From contig OZ220744.1 in the NCBI GenBank assembly GCA_965116925.1, positions 5,632,001 to 5,696,000 of the forward strand: a stretch of DNA of 64,000 bases. Direction: 5' to 3'. Below the pieces are notes generated by a model. The model ran no database searches. It was not told the origin of the DNA and worked only from the letters and a program-made list of their open reading frames with translations. The translations under genes were made by a program, and so were the position numbers. Position 1 is the stretch's first letter, and every line of letters begins with the position of its first letter. This document shows, piece after piece, positions 1 through 8,551 of the stretch. The stretch is from Candidatus Poribacteria bacterium. Lineage in GTDB: Bacteria > Poribacteria > WGA-4E > PCPOR2b.

Positions 1-414
1 CACCCGTTTCGCCCCAAGGGTCTCAAATGCAAAAGTCGTAATAGCTTCCGTTGACTCAGTGATGTAGCCTTGCCCCTGAAAACGCTTTCGACACCAATAA
101 CCAATCTCAAATTTGGGGATATCCCAGTTTATCTGATGCAAGCCACTACCCCCTACCAGTGTATTTGTACCTTTAAGAAAAAGAAGCAGCGTCAAATCCT
201 CCCGCCCCAAAAATTGACACTGTGCACGGCGGACAAAGGCTTCGGATTCCTCCAAAGTAGGCATCTGCTGCGCCCACGGCATCCATATCTTGAGGTCATC
301 GAAGGTTTCCCGAACGGCAGCGTTTATTTCGGCACCATCCCCTACGCGAGGAGCGCGGATAGTCAATCGGTCTGACTCAAATGATTCTGGAAAATCGAGA
401 AGCAATGGATCCAT
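1..414 (-). CDS. GNAT family N-acetyltransferase (RimJ/RimL-like), 3' end runs off the window
   Basis: Hand-translated on the minus strand from ATG 414 (GGAG upstream): MDPLLLDFPESFESDRLTIRAP...FEIGYWCRKRFQGQGYITES...LGAKRV. Contains the acetyl-CoA-binding QGxG motif. Absent from the ORF track because it is truncated. Confidence 0.85.
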   Translation of the reverse strand, partial: MDPLLLDFPESFESDRLTIRAPRVGDGAEINAAVRETFDDLKIWMPWAQQMPTLEESEAFVRRAQCQFLGREDLTLLLFLKGTNTLVGGSGLHQINWDIPKFEIGYWCRKRFQGQGYITESTEAITTFAFETLGAKRV

Positions 415-520
415 CAAATTTTCTCCGTTCATTTCCAACCCAAATTAAAATGACTATAATCCCCCAAGTTGCTACGCATTGAAAATCTATCGGTTTTCTG
501 TTAAAACTGAAGGACTCTGC

Positions 521-620
521 CTTTCGCTCCAGTTTTGAATCCCGATTTATCGGGGAGGAGCGATAGGTCTATAGAAAGACGATAGGGGCAATCATCGTGC
601 TCCAGAGGAGCACAATGTAT
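521..620. repeat. Dispersed double-hairpin repeat (GCTCCAG/AGGAGC units); second copy at 40491-40680
   Basis: ctttcgctccag...aggagcgata..tctataga....gataggggcaat....gctccagaggagc matches 40491-40680. Confidence 0.7.
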
Positions 621-670
621 AAATCAAAGTATAGCAGATTGCGAGCGGTTACGCCACATGAAAAAATGTG

Positions 671-699
671 TTGACATCCACTTAAAATCGGTATAGATT
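671..699 (+). promoter_or_regulatory. sigma70-type promoter
   Basis: TTGACA-N17-TAGATT upstream of the gene at 767. Confidence 0.6.
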
Positions 700-766
700 A
701 TTTAGGTACACAGCAAGTTGAGCATATTACACGAAATAATAAAACAGGGATATTCGGAGGCAAAAA

Positions 767-1807
767 ATGAGTGATATGAATGTTGGTATTGTTGGACTGG
801 GTTGGGTCGCCGGGGCGCATATTGAAACCTTTAAGGCGGTTCAAGGTGGAAACGTTACAGCGATCTGCTCCCGACGCGAACACGATGAAGCGGCATTGGA
901 AGCAGAGTTTGGCACACCGCTGAAAGCCTATACGGACTATGAGGCGATGATAGCAAATCCAGACATACACATCATAGACATCTGCACCCCCCACCCGTTT
1001 CACGCGGATCAGGCTATCGCCGCTGCAGAAGCAGGGAAACATCTGATCATCGAAAAACCGATCTGCCTGACCTATCAGGACGCCAAACGGGTGCGCGATG
1101 CAATACGAAAAGCAGGCGTGGGTGTATGTGTCTGCTTCGAGTGCCGATACAGCGCACACTTCACGATGATCCGTTCAGTCATTGACGAAGGCTTGCTCGG
1201 CGATCTGCACTACAGCGAGGTGGATTATTATCACGGCATCGGCCCTTGGTACGGTCAATACGACTGGAACATCAAAAAAGACTTCGCCGGCAGCAGCCTG
1301 TTGACAGCAGGTTGCCACGCACTTGATGCCTTGCTGTTCTTCATGGATGAGAAGGTCGAGGAGGTCACCAGCTACCACACGCAATCGACGGGGAAGGATT
1401 TCGTCCCGTATGAATACGAAACCACCAGCGTCACGATTCTCAAGTTTGAGGGTGGGAACAAAATTGCGAAGGTCACTTCCTGTGTGGACTGCCTCCAACC
1501 TTACTACTTCCATATCCATCTGGTCGGCAGCGAAGGCAGCCTGTTAGACAACCGGATCTACTCTGCGAAATTGAAGGGCATGGACAAGAGCCAGTGGAGC
1601 ACGCTTGAAACTTCGCTCATTGATTCGGGGGATGTGAGTGATCATCCGTATGAACCACAGTTCCAAGCGTTTATTGATAGCATCGGTACAGGCGAACCGA
1701 TGCCCCTGACCGATTTCGATACAGCATTTGAATCGCACCGCGTTGTCTTCGCTGCAGACCTCTCGGCAGCAGAAGGACGACCTGTCAAACTGTCCGAATT
1801 CGATTAA
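767..1807 (+). CDS. Gfo/Idh/MocA family oxidoreductase
   Basis: GIVGLGWVA Rossmann motif, EKP motif, GGAGG RBS. Confidence 0.9.
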   Translation: MSDMNVGIVGLGWVAGAHIETFKAVQGGNVTAICSRREHDEAALEAEFGTPLKAYTDYEAMIANPDIHIIDICTPHPFHADQAIAAAEAGKHLIIEKPICLTYQDAKRVRDAIRKAGVGVCVCFECRYSAHFTMIRSVIDEGLLGDLHYSEVDYYHGIGPWYGQYDWNIKKDFAGSSLLTAGCHALDALLFFMDEKVEEVTSYHTQSTGKDFVPYEYETTSVTILKFEGGNKIAKVTSCVDCLQPYYFHIHLVGSEGSLLDNRIYSAKLKGMDKSQWSTLETSLIDSGDVSDHPYEPQFQAFIDSIGTGEPMPLTDFDTAFESHRVVFAADLSAAEGRPVKLSEFD

Positions 1808-1819
1808 CGGAAAACTCCT

Positions 1820-2488
1820 ATGTTCATTCGGTATTCACTTCTCTGTTTATTTTTAACAGTGGCGGTCAGCGGCTGGGCGGCTGAGGACAAATTTCAACTC
1901 AAGCCGTTACAGCCGAAACGACCAACCTCCACCGCCCCTACCTGAAGCGCGTGACCCGGCGAAGGGGCACCGCTTCGGGGAAGCGGCATTCAGACCAAAT
2001 GGGCGATATCTCTGCGTTATGTGGATACGGAGAAGGAACGTCCGCGCTGGCGGACAACGTTGAATTACCGATTGATAGACAGACTGCAAGTCGGCATTGA
2101 GTATAATCCTGTGGCTTCGGAAATATCGCCGCTTTTTAGCCTATTCCTGTTCACAGAAACGGATATCCGCCCTGGGCTATTTCTCGGCACAAGCTCCGAC
2201 CGCATCGGCTCTCCCGCGGGCGAACAAGCCTACTTTTTCACTGCTACCAAACGACTACCGTATATCCCACTCTCAGTGTATGGGACTGTGAATTATTCTG
2301 AGTGGGATGATGAACTCAATTTTCCTTTTGGTGCCAGCGTTGACTTTGGCAAAGGTTTTTCTGTGCGTGGGATGTATGATGGAAAAGAGCCTCACCTGAT
2401 GTTCAACTATTTCTATAGACAGCACGGCGTTAGTCTGATGTACGTGTGGTTTGAAACATTTGGATTCGCGATGTCCACGACGTTTTGA
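1820..2488 (+). CDS. Secreted/outer-membrane beta-barrel-like protein, candidate selenoprotein (UxxU; in-frame TGA at 1943 and 1952)
   Basis: ATG 1820 gives a signal peptide (MFIRYSLLCLFLTVAVSGWA) and continues ...TAPT-TGA-SA-TGA-PGEG... in frame into ORF 2021..2488. Hairpins follow the TGAs. Amphipathic strands and a C-terminal Phe. Confidence 0.65.
1946..1986 (+). promoter_or_regulatory. Candidate bacterial SECIS hairpin(s)
   Basis: CCGCTTC-GGG-GAAGCGG (1970-1986), with the loop starting 22 nt after the second TGA. Alternative hairpin AGCG.GTGACCC-GGCGAA-GGGGCAC.CGCT (1946-1974) follows the first TGA. Confidence 0.5.
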
Positions 2489-2523
2489 CCCGATCTAGTT
2501 GCAGTGATTCGAGAGCTAGCAAT

Positions 2524-2554
2524 AAAAAAGGCGAATGGATAGAACCATTCGCCT
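2524..2554 (-). terminator. Rho-independent terminator (array family copy 1)
   Basis: AGGCGAATGG-loop-CCATTCGCCT followed by a T-run on the minus strand. Confidence 0.85.
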
Positions 2555-2582
2555 AATGAATTTTTGGAGATAGATTTGCAGG

Positions 2583-4049
2583 CTAGTGGGGCCACTCTCG
2601 CACCTCCGACATCGCACTGTCATAATCGACCGCTTTGTCATAAACTCGCCAAGCACTATTCTCTTTACGCATCTTAACAAGCTGATATCCGGACGAGATA
2701 AAAATTGATGTCGAATGATCCGATGAAATATTCGGCATCTCCGGTGCCGGTGTTCTCAACCGGAAGTGAAATTCATCGCCTACATATTCGCTGCTCACAA
2801 CCTCCGCCTGACTTATCGTTTCACGGATTGACTCACCCAGCACTGGTTTAAACTGATGTATAATTTCGACGACGTCATCCGGTGCATCATCTGACACATC
2901 TACGGAAATCTCAGAGCCTACGGAAATCTCAGAGCCATCACCATAATAACCATGGTTGCTACGCATGTACTCCTCTGTCCCTAACAAGCTCATTGCCCCA
3001 AAATCAGAATCCCTAAACGCCTCCACGTAAGCATACATCACGTCTTCAGCAGACTGATTTGTGCTTTCTGATGAAACAGATGTGTCAGTAGTGAAATCCC
3101 ACTCTGTGTCTAGATCAAATTCCGTTTCTGTCGCGAATTGTGCCAGATCCGTTTCGTCGAGTTCAGCGTACAAATCGTCAATCAGTTCTTTCTCTTCAGC
3201 AGATGCTGCTGAAGCAATTTGTGGCGGATTATCCCGAACTTCCATATCTTGAGTAGAATCAGCAGTTTGGGCAGCCAAGCCTTCCGGGCTACTTTGTGGG
3301 CGCGCCGTGCCATCTTCCCATGGCGACAGATACACGCGTTCCGCAACTGTGGGTGCATTCAACTGACGTATCCCAATGTAACCGATAAAAATAAGCACAA
3401 TCAGTGCTGCCGCACCAACCGTTATTTTAGATGCCGTTCCAACTTTCATGACAGTTAGACCTCCCGTATAAAGTTTTTTTAGTGTCATTGTGGGAGAAAC
3501 GAAGATGCCTGTCAGAAGGTATTGCAACCGTTTGGAGAGTTGTCGCTTCGCACGCGACAGCCGAAACGCAATTGCGTTGTATGACAGTCCATGCGTACTC
3601 GTCAGTTCATCGTAACTCGCACCCTCCAGATAGAAAGCACGCGCAATGTCCCTGTCTTTCTGCGGAAGCGTCTCCATGGTCCGGCGAATCAATTCCCTCT
3701 GCTCTAACCGTGCCAATCGCTCATCAGGTGAATCCTCCGTTTGCAACAGATGTTCACTCACGTCATCAAGGGATACGGTCTCACCCTGTTGTTTACGGAG
3801 CCAGTTTCGGGCGCGATTTCGCGTAATCTCTGCCAACCAACTTTTGAATTTGGTCGCATCCTCAAGCTGGCTTAACCCTTGATACGCGTTGAGAAAGGCA
3901 TCCTGCACGACCTCTTCAGCATCATGGGAATTGTCCACAACCCCGACAACAATTGCATAAACGAAGGCGTGGTACGACCGCATCAGGTCAGCAAATGCTC
4001 CTTCATCCCCACTTTGGGCACGATAGATAAGCGTATTCTCTTTAGTCAT
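2583..4049 (-). CDS. ECF sigma factor fused to TM helix and extracytoplasmic (NTF2-like?) domain, copy 1
   Basis: sigma2 (DAEEVVQDAF...FKSWL..I.RN), sigma4 (LPQKDR...LEGASYDEL...RLSRAKRQL), TM ITVGAAALIVLIFIGYIGI, acidic linker, C-terminal EDVMYAY...EFHFRL...KMRKENSAWRVYD. Confidence 0.88.
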   Translation of the reverse strand: MTKENTLIYRAQSGDEGAFADLMRSYHAFVYAIVVGVVDNSHDAEEVVQDAFLNAYQGLSQLEDATKFKSWLAEITRNRARNWLRKQQGETVSLDDVSEHLLQTEDSPDERLARLEQRELIRRTMETLPQKDRDIARAFYLEGASYDELTSTHGLSYNAIAFRLSRAKRQLSKRLQYLLTGIFVSPTMTLKKLYTGGLTVMKVGTASKITVGAAALIVLIFIGYIGIRQLNAPTVAERVYLSPWEDGTARPQSSPEGLAAQTADSTQDMEVRDNPPQIASAASAEEKELIDDLYAELDETDLAQFATETEFDLDTEWDFTTDTSVSSESTNQSAEDVMYAYVEAFRDSDFGAMSLLGTEEYMRSNHGYYGDGSEISVGSEISVDVSDDAPDDVVEIIHQFKPVLGESIRETISQAEVVSSEYVGDEFHFRLRTPAPEMPNISSDHSTSIFISSGYQLVKMRKENSAWRVYDKAVDYDSAMSEVREWPH

Positions 4050-4078
4050 AGCACTTCATTCCTCCCTTACACCCTACC

Positions 4079-4108
4079 AAGACACAGTTCCGAGATTTTT
4101 TTTAGCAC
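4079..4108 (-). promoter_or_regulatory. Putative ECF promoter GTGCTA-N17-GTGTCTT
   Basis: Conserved bipartite motif ~30 bp upstream of the sigma start; one of 11 copies. Confidence 0.7.
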
Positions 4109-4167
4109 TTTTTTGTGCTGAGAGATATTTTATCCATTTTTTCGAGAGCAAGCAATAAAAAAGGCGA

Positions 4168-4299
4168 GGTTCATGTAAAAAGAAAGTGCAAAACACGAAG
4201 CGAAATCGTAGGGGCAGGGTCTCCCCGCCCGCCGTAAGGGTTGGGGGACCCAACCCCTACGAATATTCGGTTTCTTTGCACTAAATCTTAACATGAGCG
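4168..4299. mobile_element. MITE-like element (GGCTCATG TIR family, 132 bp) carrying a GTAG REP doublet
   Basis: Imperfect TIRs; 8-bp TSD AAAGGCGA at 4160-4167 and 4300-4307; inserted into the array terminator. Confidence 0.8.
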
Positions 4300-4327
4300 A
4301 AAGGCGAATGGACAAAACCATTCGCCT
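4300..4327 (-). terminator. Array terminator copy 2 (T-tail displaced by the MITE)
   Basis: AGGCGAATGG...CCATTCGCCT stem. Confidence 0.7.
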
Positions 4328-4355
4328 CGTGAAGTCTTGGGGATAGGTTTGCGAT

Positions 4356-5747
4356 CTAGTGAGAGTGGGGCATCTCCGGCAGCTCTGACTGCATCCTGTC
4401 CAAATCGAACACAGTGTCATAAATTAGCCACACCCCATTCTCCTCTCGCATCTTAATAAGCTCGTATGAGGCACCGATAAAAACCGTTATGCCCCGATCC
4501 GAGACAATCGGCGGCCTATCTAATGCCGGTGCTGCTAATTGGAAGTGGAATTCATCGCCGACATATTTGCTGCTCTCAATCTCTGCTTGACTGTTCCTTT
4601 CATACATCAATTCAGCTATCTTGTCGACAATTTCAAGCGGTAGTTCACCAGCATTATCACGGTAGCTATGCCTGTACTCCTCTGTCATTAACGATTCCAG
4701 CGCGTCACTGTCGAAATTTCTATACGCCTCCAAATAAGCATACATTACATCTTCAGCCGATTGACCTATGCTTTCTGATGAGGCAGATATGTCGGTAGTA
4801 AAGTCCGGCTCTGCGTCTAGATCAAAGTCCGTTTCTATTGGGAATTGTGCCATATCTGTTTCGTCGGATTGATCGGAGAAATCGTCAATTGGCTCTATTC
4901 CTGCTGCGGATTCTGCTGTGGTAATTTGTGGCTGAACGCCTCCGCTTTCCGCATCTTGAGTCGTACCAGCTGGGAGTTCTTCAGGGATGTTTCGTGGGCG
5001 TTCAGTGCCATCCTCCCACGGCGACAAATACACACGCTCCTCGACTGTAGGCGCATTCATCCGGCGAACTCCAACGAAACCGATGAAAATGACTGCAATT
5101 AACGCTGCTGCACCAATTGTGACTTTAGGCACCGTTTCAATTTTCATGACGGTTAGCCCCCCCGAATAAATTTTCTTTAGCGTCAGTCCGGGAGAAACGA
5201 AGATACCAGTCAGAAGGTATTGCAACCGTTTGGAGAGTTTCTGCTTGATGCGAAAAAGCCGCAACCCTATTGCGTTGTATGATAGCCCATGCGTGTTAGT
5301 CAGTTCGTCGTAGCTTGCACCCTCCAGATAGAAGGCACGGGCAATCTCCCTGTCCTTTTGTGGAAGCGTCTCCATGGTCCGGCGAATCAACTCTCTCTGC
5401 TCCTGTCGTGTCAGTTGCTCATCAGGAGAATCCTCCGTTTGAAGTATCCCTTCACTCACTTCATTAAGGGGTACGGTCTCGCCCCGCTGTTTTCGGAGCC
5501 ATTGCCGGGCACAGTTTCGCGCAATCTCTGCTAACCAACTCTTGAATTTGGTTGTATCCTCAAGCTGTGTCAACCCTCGATAGGCACTGAGGAAGGTATC
5601 TTGCACCACCTCTTCGGCATCATGGGGATTATTCACACCTCCGATAACAATTGTATAGACAAAGGGATAGTATTCCCGCATTAGGTCGGCAAATGCCCCT
5701 TCATCCCCAGTTTGGGCGCGATAGATGAGCTTATCCTCCTTAGCCAT
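4356..5747 (-). CDS. ECF sigma-TM-extracytoplasmic domain fusion, copy 2
   Basis: Paralog of 2583..4049; start set at MAKED by alignment with the paralogs. Confidence 0.88.
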   Translation of the reverse strand: MAKEDKLIYRAQTGDEGAFADLMREYYPFVYTIVIGGVNNPHDAEEVVQDTFLSAYRGLTQLEDTTKFKSWLAEIARNCARQWLRKQRGETVPLNEVSEGILQTEDSPDEQLTRQEQRELIRRTMETLPQKDREIARAFYLEGASYDELTNTHGLSYNAIGLRLFRIKQKLSKRLQYLLTGIFVSPGLTLKKIYSGGLTVMKIETVPKVTIGAAALIAVIFIGFVGVRRMNAPTVEERVYLSPWEDGTERPRNIPEELPAGTTQDAESGGVQPQITTAESAAGIEPIDDFSDQSDETDMAQFPIETDFDLDAEPDFTTDISASSESIGQSAEDVMYAYLEAYRNFDSDALESLMTEEYRHSYRDNAGELPLEIVDKIAELMYERNSQAEIESSKYVGDEFHFQLAAPALDRPPIVSDRGITVFIGASYELIKMREENGVWLIYDTVFDLDRMQSELPEMPHSH

Positions 5748-5775
5748 GACTCTTCGTTCCCCCCAACATCCTATC

Positions 5776-5805
5776 AAAATACAGTTCTGAATTTTTTTCT
5801 AGCAC
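5776..5805 (-). promoter_or_regulatory. Putative ECF promoter GTGCTA-N17-GTATTT
   Basis: Same motif and position as in the paralogs. Confidence 0.65.
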
Positions 5806-5876
5806 TCTTTCGCATTGAAGCGAAGGGTAGTACAACTCAAGGAAGTTTTCCGTCCCCCGATTGGTGTTTCAAACTG

Positions 5877-6951
5877 TCACTGCCTTTCCAATTTCATACG
5901 TCCCCAAAGGGTGGCCTGATTACTTGACACCTCCACCGACAGAGAAGGATCACGAATCACCCACGTCGGGTCAGTATCTGAACCCGGATCCTCAGTAAGT
6001 TGCGCCCGATTACCCCCGTTGGCATCCATCACATAAATGTCTGGCTGCTGACCAACCTGAAATGCGTGGAACGCAATCCACCTCCCACTGGGAGACCACG
6101 CAGGCGCACGGTCTTCCCATGGGTGGCGGGTCAGGTTCACGACGTCCGCTCCATCCGGGTTCATTACATAGATATCGTCCTGACCCCCGATTGGACTGAA
6201 ACGCTATCTGTGTCCCATCGGGAGACCATGTAGGCGCAGCGTCTAGGGCAGGGTGGTTGGTTAAATTGACCTGCTTTCTACCATTTGAACCCATCACATA
6301 GATCTCCCCATTCCCATCCCGATTGGAAAAGAACACAATTTTTGAACCGTCAGGAGACCAAGAACCAACCTCATCAATTCCCGGCGACCATGTTAAATTT
6401 TTCAACACGATCCCTTCGATATCGATAACACAAACGTCAGTCATACCATCTGGTGACCCATCAGTGCTGGTGAGAGCTAACCGCTTCCCATCGGGAGACC
6501 ATTTTGGCGATAGGTACGTTTGACCACCAAACTGTTTAGTCACCTCTTTGATTTGACGGATTTGATGACGAGGCCCCGAAAATTCAGGAAGAATAACAGG
6601 AGTCTCCAAATATATAAAAGTGACAAATGGGTCCTGTGGATCATGCACATGGTAAGCAATATACTTTCCATCCGGTGACCAAGCAATTGGACCGTATCTA
6701 CGATTACTAAACCGCCAAGGTATTTCAGGTATTTCAAATAGTGGTATGTCAACCGGTATTTCAAATCTGAATCCATCGGCATCAATCAAATAAACTGCCG
6801 TCTGAAAAAGGGGGTCTCGATCTCGATCGGATAAAAACGTGATGGTGCCGGTCCACTTGTCGGCGGCAGCCTGTTTAATAAACAGGCTCCATGAAAGTAG
6901 GAGTATTATGGCACCAAAAATCTTTTGATGCACTGCGAGTTGCTTCAACAT
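5877..6951 (-). pseudogene. PD40/TolB-like beta-propeller protein, frameshifted
   Basis: ORFs 6010..6984 and 5877..6164 together match paralog 25217..26296; 5 nt shorter near 6183-6188. Confidence 0.8.
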
Positions 6952-7046
6952 GTATAATCCTCCTTGAATTTGTTTGGCACCCATGCTTAACTATGGTGAA
7001 TTCCAAAAATAAATAGACACTTTCGCCCCTCGGTTTCGATCCCGAT

Positions 7047-7904
7047 TTATCGGGACCGGTAGGTGCGGTTTCCAACCGCACCGGTATGGAAGTTACCCTT
7101 TACCTCTCCCCAAGTGGTCGTGAGTTGCCTTCGGGGCTGCACTGAAAGAGCCTCGTATTGAACCTCAAAATCATCGAAGTGGACACGGTTCCCCCTTCCT
7201 GACGACAGGTAAATTCCCCCTGCCGTGTAGGTATCGTCAAGAAAATCTAGCATTTTTGTGTCATCAATAAAGCATTGAAACCGATTCCCTTTGGCAATAA
7301 CCTTCAACCGATACCACTTGTGCAGCTTGAAATCAAATTCCCGAAATGCGAGTAGGTTGTCCCCTAAAAAGATTGTCGGGAATCCGTCTTTTGTCACAGA
7401 AACCTTCATAAGTTGAATGGTCGCTGCAAGACCTCCTCTTATATCGTGATTATTATTACCTAGGACGAACCTGTAAGATCGCTTGTCCAGAAGTTGAATC
7501 GCCTTGTTCTTCTCGTCTCTCTCCATCCCCTCGGTCCTCTCAAAATATTCAGTGAGCAGCTCAACGTGGTGCGGATCCAGTGGATCCATATGAGCGCGCA
7601 GCCCAATGGCTGCACCATCGCTACTATTCCTAGCTAGCTTGCTGATTTTTAGGGACACCGACACCTCGTAGTCGCTTGCGATTATACCATCAGGCACGAT
7701 GATAACCTCCGACTCAAGCTGCACTTCATCCACCACTTTAGGAGAACCGAGAACCAATTCACCATTTTCAATACCACCATCTTCAGCACCTTGCAAAAAC
7801 GTCCATCCCTGTAAGTCCCCATCGTTAAAATTATCGCGAAATATCTCTGCCCATGCTGATGACACAAACAAAGTAAGTGTCAACATAACTATTGTATGCT
7901 TCAT
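7047..7904 (-). CDS. Secreted concanavalin/DUF1080-like lectin-fold protein with TWG-K tail
   Basis: Signal peptide MKHTIVML...SSAWA; FRDNFNDGDLQGW; KWYRLKVIAKGNRFQCFIDD; FDDFEV; LSVQPRRQLTTTWGEVK. Confidence 0.7.
   Translation of the reverse strand: MKHTIVMLTLTLFVSSAWAEIFRDNFNDGDLQGWTFLQGAEDGGIENGELVLGSPKVVDEVQLESEVIIVPDGIIASDYEVSVSLKISKLARNSSDGAAIGLRAHMDPLDPHHVELLTEYFERTEGMERDEKNKAIQLLDKRSYRFVLGNNNHDIRGGLAATIQLMKVSVTKDGFPTIFLGDNLLAFREFDFKLHKWYRLKVIAKGNRFQCFIDDTKMLDFLDDTYTAGGIYLSSGRGNRVHFDDFEVQYEALSVQPRRQLTTTWGEVKGNFHTGAVGNRTYRSR
7059..7084. repeat. GTAG-type REP palindrome (inverted copy at 40594-40619)
   Basis: GTAGGTGCGGTTTCCAACCGCACCGG. Confidence 0.75.
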
Positions 7905-8069
7905 GAGATATCTCCTTTCTTTTCTGCTATAAGTCAATTTAGAGTTTGTGTCTAAGTTCAACCCTTATGAATCTCTTACAGCGGCGCTTTTCACATGTCG
8001 CTTGAATCCATCAGGATAACCCTTATAAATTGCCCTCTCTATGTTCTCAATGAATCTCTTACAGCGTAC

Positions 8070-8304
8070 TAGGGCGTGTTCACATTTTGATCCTGCTCAT
8101 TCGACAAACGCTGTAATCATCAGGCAATCTGCCATAAGTAGCGCGAACTGTTAGTGGGATCACAATCTAACAGATCGTGGTACAAAAGTTCGAAATGGCC
8201 CCTGACGTGCGAATAAAGGGTTGGGAGCCCCAACCCCTACGAAGGATTATGCGTTTGTGCTCCCTCTTGATGGTCTGGTTGCGATGAAATGTCAACAGAA
8301 CCTA
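8070..8304. mobile_element. MITE-like element with imperfect TIRs, contains a REP
   Basis: TAGGGCGTGTTCACATTT ... AAATGTCAACAGAACCTA; internal GGGTTGGGAGCCCAACCCCTACG; internal segment shared with 21880-21952. Confidence 0.55.
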
Positions 8305-8350
8305 ATTGGTTGATACCTTAGTCCTGATTCGTTCCTCTCCAGATGTTACC

Positions 8351-8380
8351 AAGATGCAGTCCCGAGATTTTTTTTACCAC
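8351..8380 (-). promoter_or_regulatory. Putative ECF promoter variant GTGGTA-N17-GCATCTT
   Basis: Follows terminator copy 3, same context as the other copies. Confidence 0.6.
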
Positions 8381-8483
8381 TTTTTTGCTTTCAAATAAAA
8401 AAAATACGGCTATCCGCCAAGTCCTCCTCAAATTTACCTTACCCTCAGAGATATTTTACCTGTTTTTTCGCAGAGCAACCAAT

Positions 8484-8515
8484 AAAAAAAGGCGAATGGA
8501 TAAATCCATTCGCCT
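8484..8515 (-). terminator. Array terminator copy 3
   Basis: AGGCGAATGG...CCATTCGCCT + T-run. Confidence 0.85.
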
Positions 8516-8551
8516 CATGAATTCTTGGAAGTAGCTTTGTGAGCTAGGGAC

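Noticed and set aside
70..375. Plus-strand 101-aa ORF
   Set aside because: Antisense shadow of the minus-strand GNAT gene (1..414).
2021..2488. ORF-track start at GTG 2021
   Set aside because: No RBS or signal peptide; the upstream in-frame ATG 1820 with TGA read-through explains the region better.
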